This document shows positions 12,190-22,494 of a stretch of DNA of 45,783 nucleotides, piece by piece. The stretch comes from Craspedostauros australis (taxonomy: Eukaryota). Below the pieces are notes generated by a model. The model did no database searches. It worked only from the letters and a program-made list of their open reading frames with translations, and was not told the DNA's origin. How positions within the stretch are numbered: position 1 is the first letter of the stretch; each line of letters opens with the position of its first letter. The position numbers were made by a program, and so were the translations under genes. Location: assembly GCA_030167865.1 (NCBI GenBank), contig JALAGF010004967.1, forward strand, positions 1 to 45,783. The letters run 5' to 3'.

Positions 12190-13207
12190 GTGCGCGTCTC
12201 TGTGTGTGTAAGTATGTGTATCTTACTCCAAGGTCGCGCAAGCAACTCAAGCAGGCTCACAGTGGAGTCTCGCGAAATCCTCAAAGCGCGGTTCGCTCAG
12301 TCCACTAGTTCACTCAGGCCAATGGAGCGAGCGATCAATGAATTCAGCCAGACTTGCTTCTTCGCCAGCGTTCCTTCTCTTGTCTTGTCTTCCACAACCG
12401 CTGATGACCAATCTATCGATCTCTTCGTGTCTTCCTCGCTTCTTTGCTTCTTCGCCCCTCGTTCAATTCCGTCGTTCAATGCCGTCCTTTGATTCCTTTC
12501 TGATCCTTTGTGGGTCAATGCAGAACAACAGCAGCAGTGTCCCCGCAATCTGACGAAGAAGAGAAGAGAAGATGAGGATGAAGATGAGGACGAATGCAAA
12601 GAAGAGTATTGGTAGAGCACGACCTATTATATGCGAGAGCAGAGCACCATTCAAACACAAGCGCTTTGTGAGAAAATACGAGCCATGGTGTGGGAACTCA
12701 CGCTCCAGAAAACCAACTCCAGAATTACCCACGTTTGTGTGAGCGCGCGGAACTGCGAGAAAACTGATCAGGATTCTCTTCCTCGTTCTTTCCTTGTTTC
12801 TTTGCGTGTCCGCAACCATCATCAACTCAGTCACGTCTGCCGCTTGTGTCATGAAACGTGTCAATCTTCGTCGACTCACGGCTTCACCGAACAATTCTGC
12901 AACCGGGATTCAGCTTCTGATTCTCGTTTGGGCGACCGCCTTCCAAGCCTTTTCAATTGAGGCTAGAGAGAGGGAAAACGAAAAGGGCGAGGCTCGACCT
13001 TCCCACACGAAGTACGAACACAGTACGAGTCTGCCATTGCGGTATGCACTATGACCACTCGTACGAGAGGTTCTATTTCATGGAAATATGAAAATTAGTA
13101 TAGTATATAATAGAATATGATACAGCGATCTACTAATATTCTCATGAATGTTGTTGGCATACCTGATCTGACAGGTACTGTGCCCAAACCCGTGGATCAT
13201 TAAACTT

Positions 13208-15745
13208 CTACGAGGACCTCCTGTTGCTGCTGTTGCCTTTGTTGTTTTTGCTGCCGCTGTTGCCACTGCTGCTGTTGCCTCCATTGCCATTCTCATCATC
13301 GATTGTCTCCATGTGGATGGCATGGTACAGCTCCTTGGACACGTTCACGAATTCGCTCATGTAGGCCAGCTGCCCCTTCAGCGATTCGTGCAGAATGTCG
13401 CGCCCGATCTTCTCCACGACCACGATGCACGGCAGGTTGTTCGTGGTGCGGATCACCTGCGCCGTGATCAGGCGGTACCGTCCGCTCAGCTTGCGCAGGA
13501 TGCGAGTCATCTGCAACCCGCGCAGCACCAGCATCACGATGCGTCCGCCGTCCTTCAGGCAGTACCATGCAGTGCGCAGGAAGATCTCGTACAGCTGCTG
13601 CAGGTCGCTGACGCCCTGCTTGTTGCCCGTCATCACACCCCATGGCAGGTTCGAGACGAAGGCGTCGGCGGAGCTGTCGGGTACGTACCGTCGCAGGGCG
13701 CGGGCGTCGCAGCAATGGATCTCGCAGATGTCGTTGGAGCAGTTCTCAGCCTCGGCATTCTGCCGCGCGCCCCTGGCGCTCTTTCGTGACACGTCCATGC
13801 CGATGCAGCGGATCCTACGCTGCGTCATCTCCAGCGCCTCCAGCAGCAACGTCCCCGATCCGCAGAATGGGTCCACCATCAGCTTGTCCTTGCTGTTGCC
13901 GTCGATGCCCGCAAGCCGGATGAGGACGTACGCGATGTTGCACTTGATGGTGACGCCGTTGCGGAAGCGCACGAAATGCCGCTTGGAGATGTCGTCCACG
14001 TTCAGCTGCTGTCCGATGAGCACCTTCGTGGAGACGATGTCGGCGCGGATGTTCACGTTGTAGTTCTTCATCTGCGGTTTGCACGAAGATTCGTAGTACT
14101 CGGACATGGCGCCGCCGATCTCGCGTTCCACCTGATCGCTGCGGAAGGCGTGGGGGCCGCCGACGCGCTCGCAGGACACGCGGAAGCCGAGTCGCTTTTG
14201 TTTTCCGTCGCCGTCGTTGTTCGGAGCATCTCCAAATGCCGATACTGATGTGGACGCCGATGCTCGTGGTATTGTGGCAGAGTCGCGATGGTGCAATGCG
14301 GGGATGCTGCCCTTGCCATCCACCAGACGTTGCTTGTAGTATTCGTAGAGGTCTTCCGCAGTGAGGGTGGAAATGCCATCTCGTTTCGTGACTGGAGTGG
14401 TCGTCGTCATCGTCGCCGCGGCTGCTTGATCGGGACCATTGGTGCCATCCGCTGCGTCCTTCGTCACGAGATCGCGCATATCAAAATGGTCCTGGTAGAG
14501 GAGCACTTGCATCGCTGATCGCAACTCCATGAGTTGCTTTTGAATTGCATCCATCATTTCATCCAATGTTACATCTGTACTTTTGGGTGTTGGCGTTGAT
14601 GTTTTTGAAGTCGGTGCATACTCCAACCCAGCGTACCCAGCAATGCCCCATGGGCAAGCAACCGGTCGCCAAGAAGACGAGTATCCATGAGCATCATCAT
14701 GAGTATCATTATCATCATCATTGGTGCTGCCATCGCGGTCCATCATGGACAACATCTCAGTCAACTCATTGGCCAGGTAGTGCTCTGTTCCGATGTTGCA
14801 GGATATCACGAATTTAACATCCGGGTTGGCCTCGTTGCAGAATGTCGTGGGCATGTGATCACCGAACAACACCGCAGCGCTGCTGGTGGACGACGCCTCC
14901 AAGGGACCGTTGGTGTTGATGCAGATGGACGTGCCGGGCGTGTAGTGGTAGAAATCTTCCTCCTGCGCACCGTCTGCGCCGTTGGTCTTTTTGATGCGCT
15001 CCAACCACTTATCGCGACGCTCGTGTTCTTCCTCGCCCTGCGTGTTGGCCTCGTCCTTTCGTTTGCAGCGGAAGGTGAGATTGATGCGGCCTTGCGTGAT
15101 GGCGCTCTGCCTGGGTATAGAATGCAGGTAATCGTGCTGGCACTGATTCTCCATGATGACGAGGGATCCCGATTCCAACGCGATCGTCGCACGATCACGT
15201 CCCGCGTTTTGCTTGGAACGGATTTGGAAGTCGCGCGTTGCGCCCAAGGAGAGGCTCGCAATTGGGGTGGTGCGACCGATCTCTTCGCGGTCCGTGTGCC
15301 ATCCGATGCGCTGATTGCCGTCTTCATAGAAATTCAGCAAGCAGACGTTGAATTGGACAGGAGACTTGGTGATGCCAGCGCTACTGCCAGCGCTATCACC
15401 GGCATCCGCTTGTGAGTTGTGCGAGTTGTACCAATCCTCGATGCGCGTCTTGATGGTTCGCACAGTATCTGTGAATGGGTTGTGATGTATTGGTACTTGC
15501 TGCTGCTGCTGCTGCTGATCAGCCTGCCGCTCGGATGCATCCGGCAAGGAGCTCGGAGCATCGCGGTACTTGTAGTCGCTGGGCGTCTCCTCCATGAGGT
15601 ACACCCACCGATTGATCTTCCCAGAGGTCTCCCATCCAGTTGTCTTGTACAGCTCATCGTACAGCTGCTGCGATTCTTCGCCAGTGAAGAGGTTGGGGTA
15701 GTAGAACACGCATTCCTGCTCCAGTGGAACAGCGTACTCCTTCAT
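13208..15745 (-). CDS. Fusion protein, about 845 aa: N-terminal AlkB-family Fe(II)/2OG dioxygenase (ALKBH2/3-type) + THUMP RNA-binding domain + SAM-dependent RNA amino-methyltransferase (UPF0020; Trm14/TrmN/THUMPD2-3-like)
   Basis: AlkB: FNVCLLNFYEDGNQRIGWHTD (HxD at 15290-15298), IASLSLGATRDF, LESGSLVIM...YLHSIP, RINLTFR. THUMP (about 14003-14185): FRVSCERVGGPHAFRSDQVEREIGG...NYNVNIRADI. MTase: DPFCGSGTLLLEA, GMDVS, CDARAL, VSNLPWG. One uninterrupted ORF; first ATG at 15745. Confidence 0.9.
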   Translation of the reverse strand: MKEYAVPLEQECVFYYPNLFTGEESQQLYDELYKTTGWETSGKINRWVYLMEETPSDYKYRDAPSSLPDASERQADQQQQQQQVPIHHNPFTDTVRTIKTRIEDWYNSHNSQADAGDSAGSSAGITKSPVQFNVCLLNFYEDGNQRIGWHTDREEIGRTTPIASLSLGATRDFQIRSKQNAGRDRATIALESGSLVIMENQCQHDYLHSIPRQSAITQGRINLTFRCKRKDEANTQGEEEHERRDKWLERIKKTNGADGAQEEDFYHYTPGTSICINTNGPLEASSTSSAAVLFGDHMPTTFCNEANPDVKFVISCNIGTEHYLANELTEMLSMMDRDGSTNDDDNDTHDDAHGYSSSWRPVACPWGIAGYAGLEYAPTSKTSTPTPKSTDVTLDEMMDAIQKQLMELRSAMQVLLYQDHFDMRDLVTKDAADGTNGPDQAAAATMTTTTPVTKRDGISTLTAEDLYEYYKQRLVDGKGSIPALHHRDSATIPRASASTSVSAFGDAPNNDGDGKQKRLGFRVSCERVGGPHAFRSDQVEREIGGAMSEYYESSCKPQMKNYNVNIRADIVSTKVLIGQQLNVDDISKRHFVRFRNGVTIKCNIAYVLIRLAGIDGNSKDKLMVDPFCGSGTLLLEALEMTQRRIRCIGMDVSRKSARGARQNAEAENCSNDICEIHCCDARALRRYVPDSSADAFVSNLPWGVMTGNKQGVSDLQQLYEIFLRTAWYCLKDGGRIVMLVLRGLQMTRILRKLSGRYRLITAQVIRTTNNLPCIVVVEKIGRDILHESLKGQLAYMSEFVNVSKELYHAIHMETIDDENGNGGNSSSGNSGSKNNKGNSSNRRSS

Positions 15746-17430
15746 GATGTCAGTAGTGCCAGTAGTGCCAGTAGTACCAGCAGTGCCAGGCACACGAGTG
15801 TGTCTGATAGACCTGATGACAGATCAGCAAGAGTGGATTATTGTGGACAGATACGAGTGGAGTGGAGCAGATTCGAGTGTAATACCATGGAGTAGAGTAG
15901 AGTATAATAGATGTCTGGATACTCGTGGAGTAGCAACGCCGCACAACTCCTTGGTATGGTGCAAGTATGAGTTATGACCTTTGGGCGCAATCTTTTCGGT
16001 TTTGTTCTGAAGTGTGTTGCTTTGCGTTTGGCAACGAATGAATGGACCATGTTGTCACAACATCAACAAGATCCGTTCCACATGATCGCGGTGTGTTTGT
16101 ATGAACAATCAATATATTGTACGTCCGTCGTCAGTGTCGATCCACGGCTGTCTGTTTGACATGTCTGTTGGCTGGATTTGTCTGTTGGGACGGTTTCTTC
16201 ACTTGTCATGTTTTTGGCCTGACGGGAGCCGTTGGCTTGTTCGATTCACGAGTGTGAGATACCGCGAGCAATCGATGCACGCCGTGTTGTGGTGGCGGGA
16301 GGATTTGGTGTGTTGGTTCGTCACAACTCGTTGCCGATGGGTGCTCGTTGGGTTGGATTCCTGTGCTTGTGCGTTGTTGTGTTGGATCTGCGTTGTGAAC
16401 CAGGATGACGGCATCGTGTTGGATGTGACGGTGACGATGGTGGCGGTGATGGTGATGCCTCTCTGATTCTTCCTCCTCTGCGGAACACCCGATTCCTTTT
16501 CCTCTGTCTCTGTCTGTCTCTGTCGTCTGCTTCACTTTTGATTTCACAGCGTATTCTTGGGAGAATGAGGGGAGCACCATGGATGGTGATACTCGCACAG
16601 CGGTGATGTTTGGACACGTCTGATGACGACTCCGGTTCATGGTGATGAGGGTCAACGCCGCATCTCTTCGCGCTGATGCTTCGCACACTTTGCTCTCTCC
16701 GTCTTGGTTGCCTGTGCAATCGCCATCGATTCACGGTTGCAGAAGCGTGATAAGCCTTGACGCGCTGTCGCAATTAAGTGTGGACGTCGAGTGGGTGATG
16801 ATTTCACGCCAACGAAGTCCCGGAATTAATAGGCGATGCACAAAGGGGGATTCGAATCTCAGACAGAGAGAAGGGAGCTGGATCTGGCGTCACATTTTAA
16901 AAAACGGCTGATGCATCACGTGCAATACGCAATGAGCGCGAACAAAGCAAACCACATGAGGGCACTCTTGTGCTCTGTCGTTGCGTAAAACAAAGTCGAA
17001 TGTGAACGAATGCGCCCGCGACGGTTGTCATGAAACACGCGTACGAGCTGCGGTCATGGATCGAGGCCTCTTTGCTGCTGTGTTTGCGGGTCAGGGGAGA
17101 AGACGGCGATAGTGATCCCGCGTTCACAGCGTTCACCGCAACGACAACTTGGCTGGTCAAGACATCGTGAGCATCCAAGGATAGGAGTGGTTCATGAAGG
17201 CGAGGTACCAAAACCAATACCAAAACGAAGCACGTTGACCCCACAGCTGAGGATTATCTCGCTCTCTCTCTCTGGAGATTGCCATCGACCTGCACACTGC
17301 TGCTCAAACCCATGGAGTACCCATACTTGCACTCGCCTTCGTTAGAGCACTTGACTGCTTGGCATCATTCTACTCCGTCGCATCTTGCGGAAACCTTTGC
17401 AACATTCAGCATCAGCAACGCAAGAGAAAG

Positions 17431-20118
17431 ATGATGAACGCGAGCGACAGCAGCAGCAGTGGAAACGATGGCGAGAGCTGCGATGCATCCAGCTGTCTAT
17501 CCATATCTCACGACAACAGCAACATTAGGAGTGGCAACAACAACTTCATGGAGTCACATTCTCAACACAATAAACACGTCCATCGCGGTCAATACGACCA
17601 ATACGGTCAATACGATGAGGAGCAAGGCAATGGCCACGTTGATGGCCAAGGCACGGATGAACACTCAAGCAGCAGCATCGATGAGGATGGAGAAGCGAGC
17701 GTTGCAAGCGTTGAGTCCGTCGAGAGCCATTCCTCCTGCGCTTCATTTGCGTCTCATTCCTCATCCCTGACTTCATCCTCAGCCTCCCTTCCATCTCAGA
17801 AGCCATCACCGCCTACGTCTCAGTCTCAGATGCTGTCTCATCCACTGTCTCGGTCTGCGAACGTGCTCGGCAACCCATCGTTGCATCTTGATGCTGATGG
17901 ACGTTCATACCAACATGAGCAACAACATGAGCATCATCACGGGCACCAGCACCAATACCAACATGTCCGTCGCAGCTCCTACTCGAACAAGTGCGCAGGA
18001 TCAGTCCCTGGCTCAGTCTCCGGATCCGTTGCTTCCACAGCAGCATCATCTGGTGCATCATCTGGAAGATCATCTCTGTCGGCAGCCTCGTCTCACTCGC
18101 GCACCCGCCCTCGGCCTTCCGTTGGATTGTCCCGTCTGTCGTCTCACAGGAGGTTCGCTGAGACGCTTCCTCTTCAGGTTGGTACGAGTACAGCTGGTGG
18201 TGCCCACATCAAGGGCAATGCTAACATCAATGCCAACGTGAAGAGCAACGGCAACGGCAATGCAAAGAACCAGCAGCCACAACATTCCCAACAACAAACA
18301 CCTCTGTACAAGCACTTCCGCCGCATCCCGCTGTCGACCATCATCCTCTTCCTCATGCTCCTGCACACCAAGTATCAGGAGTCTCAGATGGTCTTCCGGG
18401 CGATGGAGCATTGTCCATGCTCTCGTGTTCAGTCTCATCTGTCACCGATGCCGTCGCATGCCAATCAAACTCAGATTCAAGAACACCAACAAAATGCGCA
18501 TCAACAAAAGAAGAGCAGACTTGAACGTCAAGAGAACAAGGATAGCATGATGCCCGTTAATGACCCACCTCAGATCGAACGCCTCAGAGGGTCCCTCGTG
18601 CAGCACTTCCTTGCGTTGGAACGGGAGCTCCGCATGGCGCAGCGCAACAACCAGACCGCCAATACGTACATGCTCTCCAGTCCCATCTTGCGTAATGCCA
18701 ACATCACCGATATTCTGACGCATCAGCAAAGGCAGCAAGGCAACAGTAACAGCAACAACAACAAGGATAAGACGAAGATCACTGGAACAGCCTCGCGTCT
18801 TCAAAGCATTGATCCGTCCATGCTCACGCTGGATCCCTACGGCTTCTACGTCTCTCGGCATCTGCCCAATGCATACGTCGCGAATCGGCAGGGTGTGCAA
18901 GGTTCTCCTTGCTCCCAGGCACAGCAGCGGGTATCGGCGCAGAATGAGAATCCATCGGATCGCAACGGAAGTCAGGACAGCCAGGTCACACTGCTCACAC
19001 ATGTTTCCACCGACAAGCTGCAGCGTCTCCAGCTACAGCTGAAATGGTGGAACGGGCCGGCCTCAGTCGCCGTCTACATCCGAGACATCAAGGATATTGA
19101 CACCCTCGTCAACTTTCTCTCGAAGGAGTATCGTACGGAACATGTCAGCACTACGAGCAGCAGCAACACTGGTGACAAGAACGGCCAGGGCAATGATGGC
19201 GGAGATACCATTGCGTTCCACATCTACATGGAGGTCACGCCTCACGAGGAGAAGGAAAATCCTGGAGCGTCATCAAAGACTGCGACAACTGCACAGCCAT
19301 CCCGAGGTCTCAACAAGAAAACACCATCTCAGCGCAAGGTGCTGCCATATCCGCACAACCAGCTGCGCAACCTGGCCATGGAGACCTTGTCCGACGACAC
19401 CTTCTTCGTGGCAATAGATGTCGACTTCGTTCCGTCCTGGGACTCCCATTCCGAAATCCAGCGTCTTCTGTCCCTGCCATCGCATCAGCAAACATCCTCC
19501 AATGGCATTCGTCACGAGCTCGTGCACAATCGGCGCCTCTTCGTCCTGCCAGCATTTTCGATGCAGCACAAACCGAGTGCCACACAGGAAGCATCATCGC
19601 AGCAAGCCGAGGATGATGATTCTTCCTTTCCCAAAACACGCCAGGACCTCCTCGTCAAGGTACATCGCCATGAAGCGGAAATGTTCCGCAAACAGAAGTT
19701 CCCAGCCGGTCATGCACCGACTGACTTTGACAAGTGGTTGGCCTGGGACGTCAACACCGGAACCAGCAGCAGCAGCAGCAGCAATAACAACAACGACAAT
19801 GGCTGGTATCCCATCGAATACGCGGAATCCTTCGAACCGTACGTCCTGGGCTACTACACGCACAACAAGCCCTCAATTCCACGATACCGCACCGAATTCC
19901 GCGGGTACGGCAAGAACAAGCTGACGTGGATCATGGAGATGCACCGCAACGGTTACTCCTTCGGCGTCCTGCCCACCGTTTGGGCCGTGCACATGGACCA
20001 CCCCGTCAGCAACCAGGACGACCGCCGCAACGAGTTGGATTTCAACAAGTTCATCCTCTATCCGCAGTTCTTGCGGTACTTGGATGACACGTACGGCAGA
20101 TACAGGGCAGAGCAATGA
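17431..20118 (+). CDS. GT49 (LARGE/B4GAT1 glucuronyltransferase-like) type II membrane glycosyltransferase, about 895 aa
   Basis: TM IPLSTIILFLMLL; VTLLTHVSTDKLQRL..WNGPASVAVY; YPHNQLRNLA; FVAIDVDFVPS (DxD); LFVLPAF; FEPYVL; PRYRTEFRGYGKNK; GYSFGVLP...VHMDH. Confidence 0.85.
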   Translation: MMNASDSSSSGNDGESCDASSCLSISHDNSNIRSGNNNFMESHSQHNKHVHRGQYDQYGQYDEEQGNGHVDGQGTDEHSSSSIDEDGEASVASVESVESHSSCASFASHSSSLTSSSASLPSQKPSPPTSQSQMLSHPLSRSANVLGNPSLHLDADGRSYQHEQQHEHHHGHQHQYQHVRRSSYSNKCAGSVPGSVSGSVASTAASSGASSGRSSLSAASSHSRTRPRPSVGLSRLSSHRRFAETLPLQVGTSTAGGAHIKGNANINANVKSNGNGNAKNQQPQHSQQQTPLYKHFRRIPLSTIILFLMLLHTKYQESQMVFRAMEHCPCSRVQSHLSPMPSHANQTQIQEHQQNAHQQKKSRLERQENKDSMMPVNDPPQIERLRGSLVQHFLALERELRMAQRNNQTANTYMLSSPILRNANITDILTHQQRQQGNSNSNNNKDKTKITGTASRLQSIDPSMLTLDPYGFYVSRHLPNAYVANRQGVQGSPCSQAQQRVSAQNENPSDRNGSQDSQVTLLTHVSTDKLQRLQLQLKWWNGPASVAVYIRDIKDIDTLVNFLSKEYRTEHVSTTSSSNTGDKNGQGNDGGDTIAFHIYMEVTPHEEKENPGASSKTATTAQPSRGLNKKTPSQRKVLPYPHNQLRNLAMETLSDDTFFVAIDVDFVPSWDSHSEIQRLLSLPSHQQTSSNGIRHELVHNRRLFVLPAFSMQHKPSATQEASSQQAEDDDSSFPKTRQDLLVKVHRHEAEMFRKQKFPAGHAPTDFDKWLAWDVNTGTSSSSSSNNNNDNGWYPIEYAESFEPYVLGYYTHNKPSIPRYRTEFRGYGKNKLTWIMEMHRNGYSFGVLPTVWAVHMDHPVSNQDDRRNELDFNKFILYPQFLRYLDDTYGRYRAEQ

Positions 20119-20580
20119 TCGTTGGTATTGTACGAACGTGCCATACTTTGCATGAAATGGCGGGTATGGGTGGAAGTGGACAGAGTGCGTATTTGTTGAG
20201 ACATATAATAGATAATATTGTACAATCGATCGTCCGCGTCCAGAAATGATCTTCATAACTTCATCTCACAGTAGCTATGCTTGGACAGTCTCGCGTACTC
20301 AAGTCGTATCAATGGCGCCCGCAAGTGTATGGCGCATGGAGAAGAGCATTACGAAGGCGTGACCATGCTTGATTGACTCCGAAGAAGAATGATGTTGTCC
20401 GCGACCACATATGGTACATAAGCACGGATACAGTAAAGACAAGACAAGACAGAAGATCGTGGAGTAGAAAGACAGAGTGGAGCGGAGTAAACTACTCTAT
20501 GTGTCTACTACTACGCATTGTCGCTGTCGCATGCTTTACTCTGAATGCAACGTCGTCGGCATGCGTTGAGAAGAAGCGAC

Positions 20581-22494
20581 TCAGCCGCCGATGAGCGTCA
20601 TGGGTCTGTTCTCGCTGGAATGATCGGAGATGTCCTGCATGTCATGGTGGCCGCCGAGCTTGAAGTGCTTGCGCTGCACGGCGGCATGGACGACCTTGGC
20701 CAGCAGATCCGGACGCTGGATTCGGAGGATGTCGCGCAGGCTGATCTCCGTGGCTCCAAAGAGGCAGACCTTGAGCTGGCCATCCGCGGTCATGCGCAGT
20801 CGGTTGCAGGTTCCGCAGAAGTGGGACGACATGGACGTGATGAATCCGATGCGTCCTTGCCGTGTGTTGCGTGGTTGCGGTTGTTGCTGCTGTGCTGCTG
20901 CATGGTGGACGGAGCGTGAATCATGATCCAGATGTTGATCAGCGAGGTTGACGAGATCGACGGGATTGTAGGACCACCACTTCGTGGTGTCATTGGGTCC
21001 ATCCTGGAGCCTCTGCAGGGCGTGTCCCGTGCTGGGCTGCTGGTCTTGAAATATGTCCTGCATATCCTGGTAAGAAATGAAATCGTTGGTACCCCATCGA
21101 TTGTCGTTGAAGGGCATGTACTCGATGAATCGAATATCGATGCCTAGCTGGTTGGAGAGATGCGCGAATTGCGGCAGCTCGTGCACGTTGTCCTTCATGA
21201 CGACGCAGTTGATCTTTGTGTGCAGGTGCGGCGCTTGGTCGGCGCAGTCCTGGATGGCCTGCCAGACCCTGTGGAAGTATGACTCTGGACGTCGCGTGAG
21301 CGTGGCGAACAGGTGCGGTTGCAGGCTGTCGAGACTGACGTTGATGTGGGTGACGCCGGCATCTATGAGACCCGGGAGGTGCTTGGACAGGGTGACGCCA
21401 TTGGTGGTGATTCCAATTTCTGTGATCTTGTCCTTGTGCCTCTCGGATATTTGCGAGATGAGCGAGACGATGTCCTTGCGCAGGAGGGGTTCGCCGCCCG
21501 TGAATCTGAGCTTGGTGACGCCGCCGACAGTGACGAACCAGTCGACGAGTTGGATGATTTCGTTGTTGGAGAGCAGGTGCTCTGGCGGTTGCAAGGGGAC
21601 GCCGTCCTCCGGCATGCAGTACAGGCATCTGAGGTTGCATTTCTCGCTCAATGAAATGCGCAGGTAAGAGTGCTGACGTCCGAAGGTGTCCTGCAGCACG
21701 GCATTGGCAGGGGCGTCCGCATGTGACTGATGCAGTTTGGTTTGCGATGGATCTGGCAGTGCCTCCAGCTGACGGATCCATTCCTCCTGTACCGTGATGG
21801 GTGCGTTGCCCATCATGATGTTATCTGCAGACGATTGTTCGTCAATTTTCGTTTGCGTTTGCGCTTGAGTTTGCGCTTGCATTTGCTGTTGGACGGATTG
21901 AATGGATGGAATCGGTGGCAATTTGGAGAGCAATTTGCGTGGTTGCGCTGCTGGTTTTGCTGAGGGCTGTGCTGAAGAATTGGAAGGAGCAGAGGATGGT
22001 GACGAAGAAGAGACGGTTGGCGCACTCCCCCTCCTCTGATCCTCAATCCTGAGCTGTTGCCGCAGAGCTTCCAGCCTGGATTGCTTCGCTTGGCTCTGTC
22101 CGTTGCTCTTGATTGCGTCGCTGCTCACATCTGTCGCTCGCCTGCCCTGGCTCGCATCATTTGCGTGATCGAAGTGCCGCTCGATGTGCACAATGGGCTT
22201 GACATTTGCCAGTCTCTTCTGTCCCTTGCGTCCATTCTGCCTGTCCAATCCATTGTCAGCAGCGTCAACGTGAGCATGTTCGTCGTCATCGTCATCACTT
22301 GCAAAGGCCACCGCAGAAGACGAGAGACCTCTCTTTGACCTCGCAGAGCGGGTGGAGAAGGAGACGATGGCGCGTCGTAGATGAGGCTGCGTCAGTCGGC
22401 CATGCCTCGAGGTAACGCGTGAACGCCGTTGCAGCTGCTGCGGCATGCGAGGCTGCCATTGTGCAGATGCCGAGACGATAATCCGGCGGAACAT
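20581..22494 (-). CDS. CNX2: GTP 3',8-cyclase (molybdenum cofactor biosynthesis radical SAM enzyme, MoaA/CNX2/MOCS1A) with a probable mitochondrial presequence
   Basis: DTFGRQHSYLRISLSEKCNLRCLYCMP (CxxxCxxC), FTGGEPLLR, ITTNG, RFIEYMPF, FCGTCNRLRMTADGQLKVCLF (second Fe-S cluster), terminal RPMTLIGG; Arg/Ser-rich N-terminus. Confidence 0.96.
   Translation of the reverse strand: MFRRIIVSASAQWQPRMPQQLQRRSRVTSRHGRLTQPHLRRAIVSFSTRSARSKRGLSSSAVAFASDDDDDEHAHVDAADNGLDRQNGRKGQKRLANVKPIVHIERHFDHANDASQGRRATDVSSDAIKSNGQSQAKQSRLEALRQQLRIEDQRRGSAPTVSSSSPSSAPSNSSAQPSAKPAAQPRKLLSKLPPIPSIQSVQQQMQAQTQAQTQTKIDEQSSADNIMMGNAPITVQEEWIRQLEALPDPSQTKLHQSHADAPANAVLQDTFGRQHSYLRISLSEKCNLRCLYCMPEDGVPLQPPEHLLSNNEIIQLVDWFVTVGGVTKLRFTGGEPLLRKDIVSLISQISERHKDKITEIGITTNGVTLSKHLPGLIDAGVTHINVSLDSLQPHLFATLTRRPESYFHRVWQAIQDCADQAPHLHTKINCVVMKDNVHELPQFAHLSNQLGIDIRFIEYMPFNDNRWGTNDFISYQDMQDIFQDQQPSTGHALQRLQDGPNDTTKWWSYNPVDLVNLADQHLDHDSRSVHHAAAQQQQPQPRNTRQGRIGFITSMSSHFCGTCNRLRMTADGQLKVCLFGATEISLRDILRIQRPDLLAKVVHAAVQRKHFKLGGHHDMQDISDHSSENRPMTLIGG

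Noticed and set aside
15800-17350. Short ORFs between the AlkB-THUMP gene and the GT49 gene
   Set aside because: No recognisable product; likely divergent promoter/UTR sequence, although a small upstream exon of the AlkB fusion cannot be excluded.
20120-20581. Possible downstream MoaC/MOCS1B cistron after the CNX2 GG-stop, as in animal bicistronic MOCS1
   Set aside because: No MoaC-like sequence follows; only about 460 bp separate it from the convergent GT49 gene.
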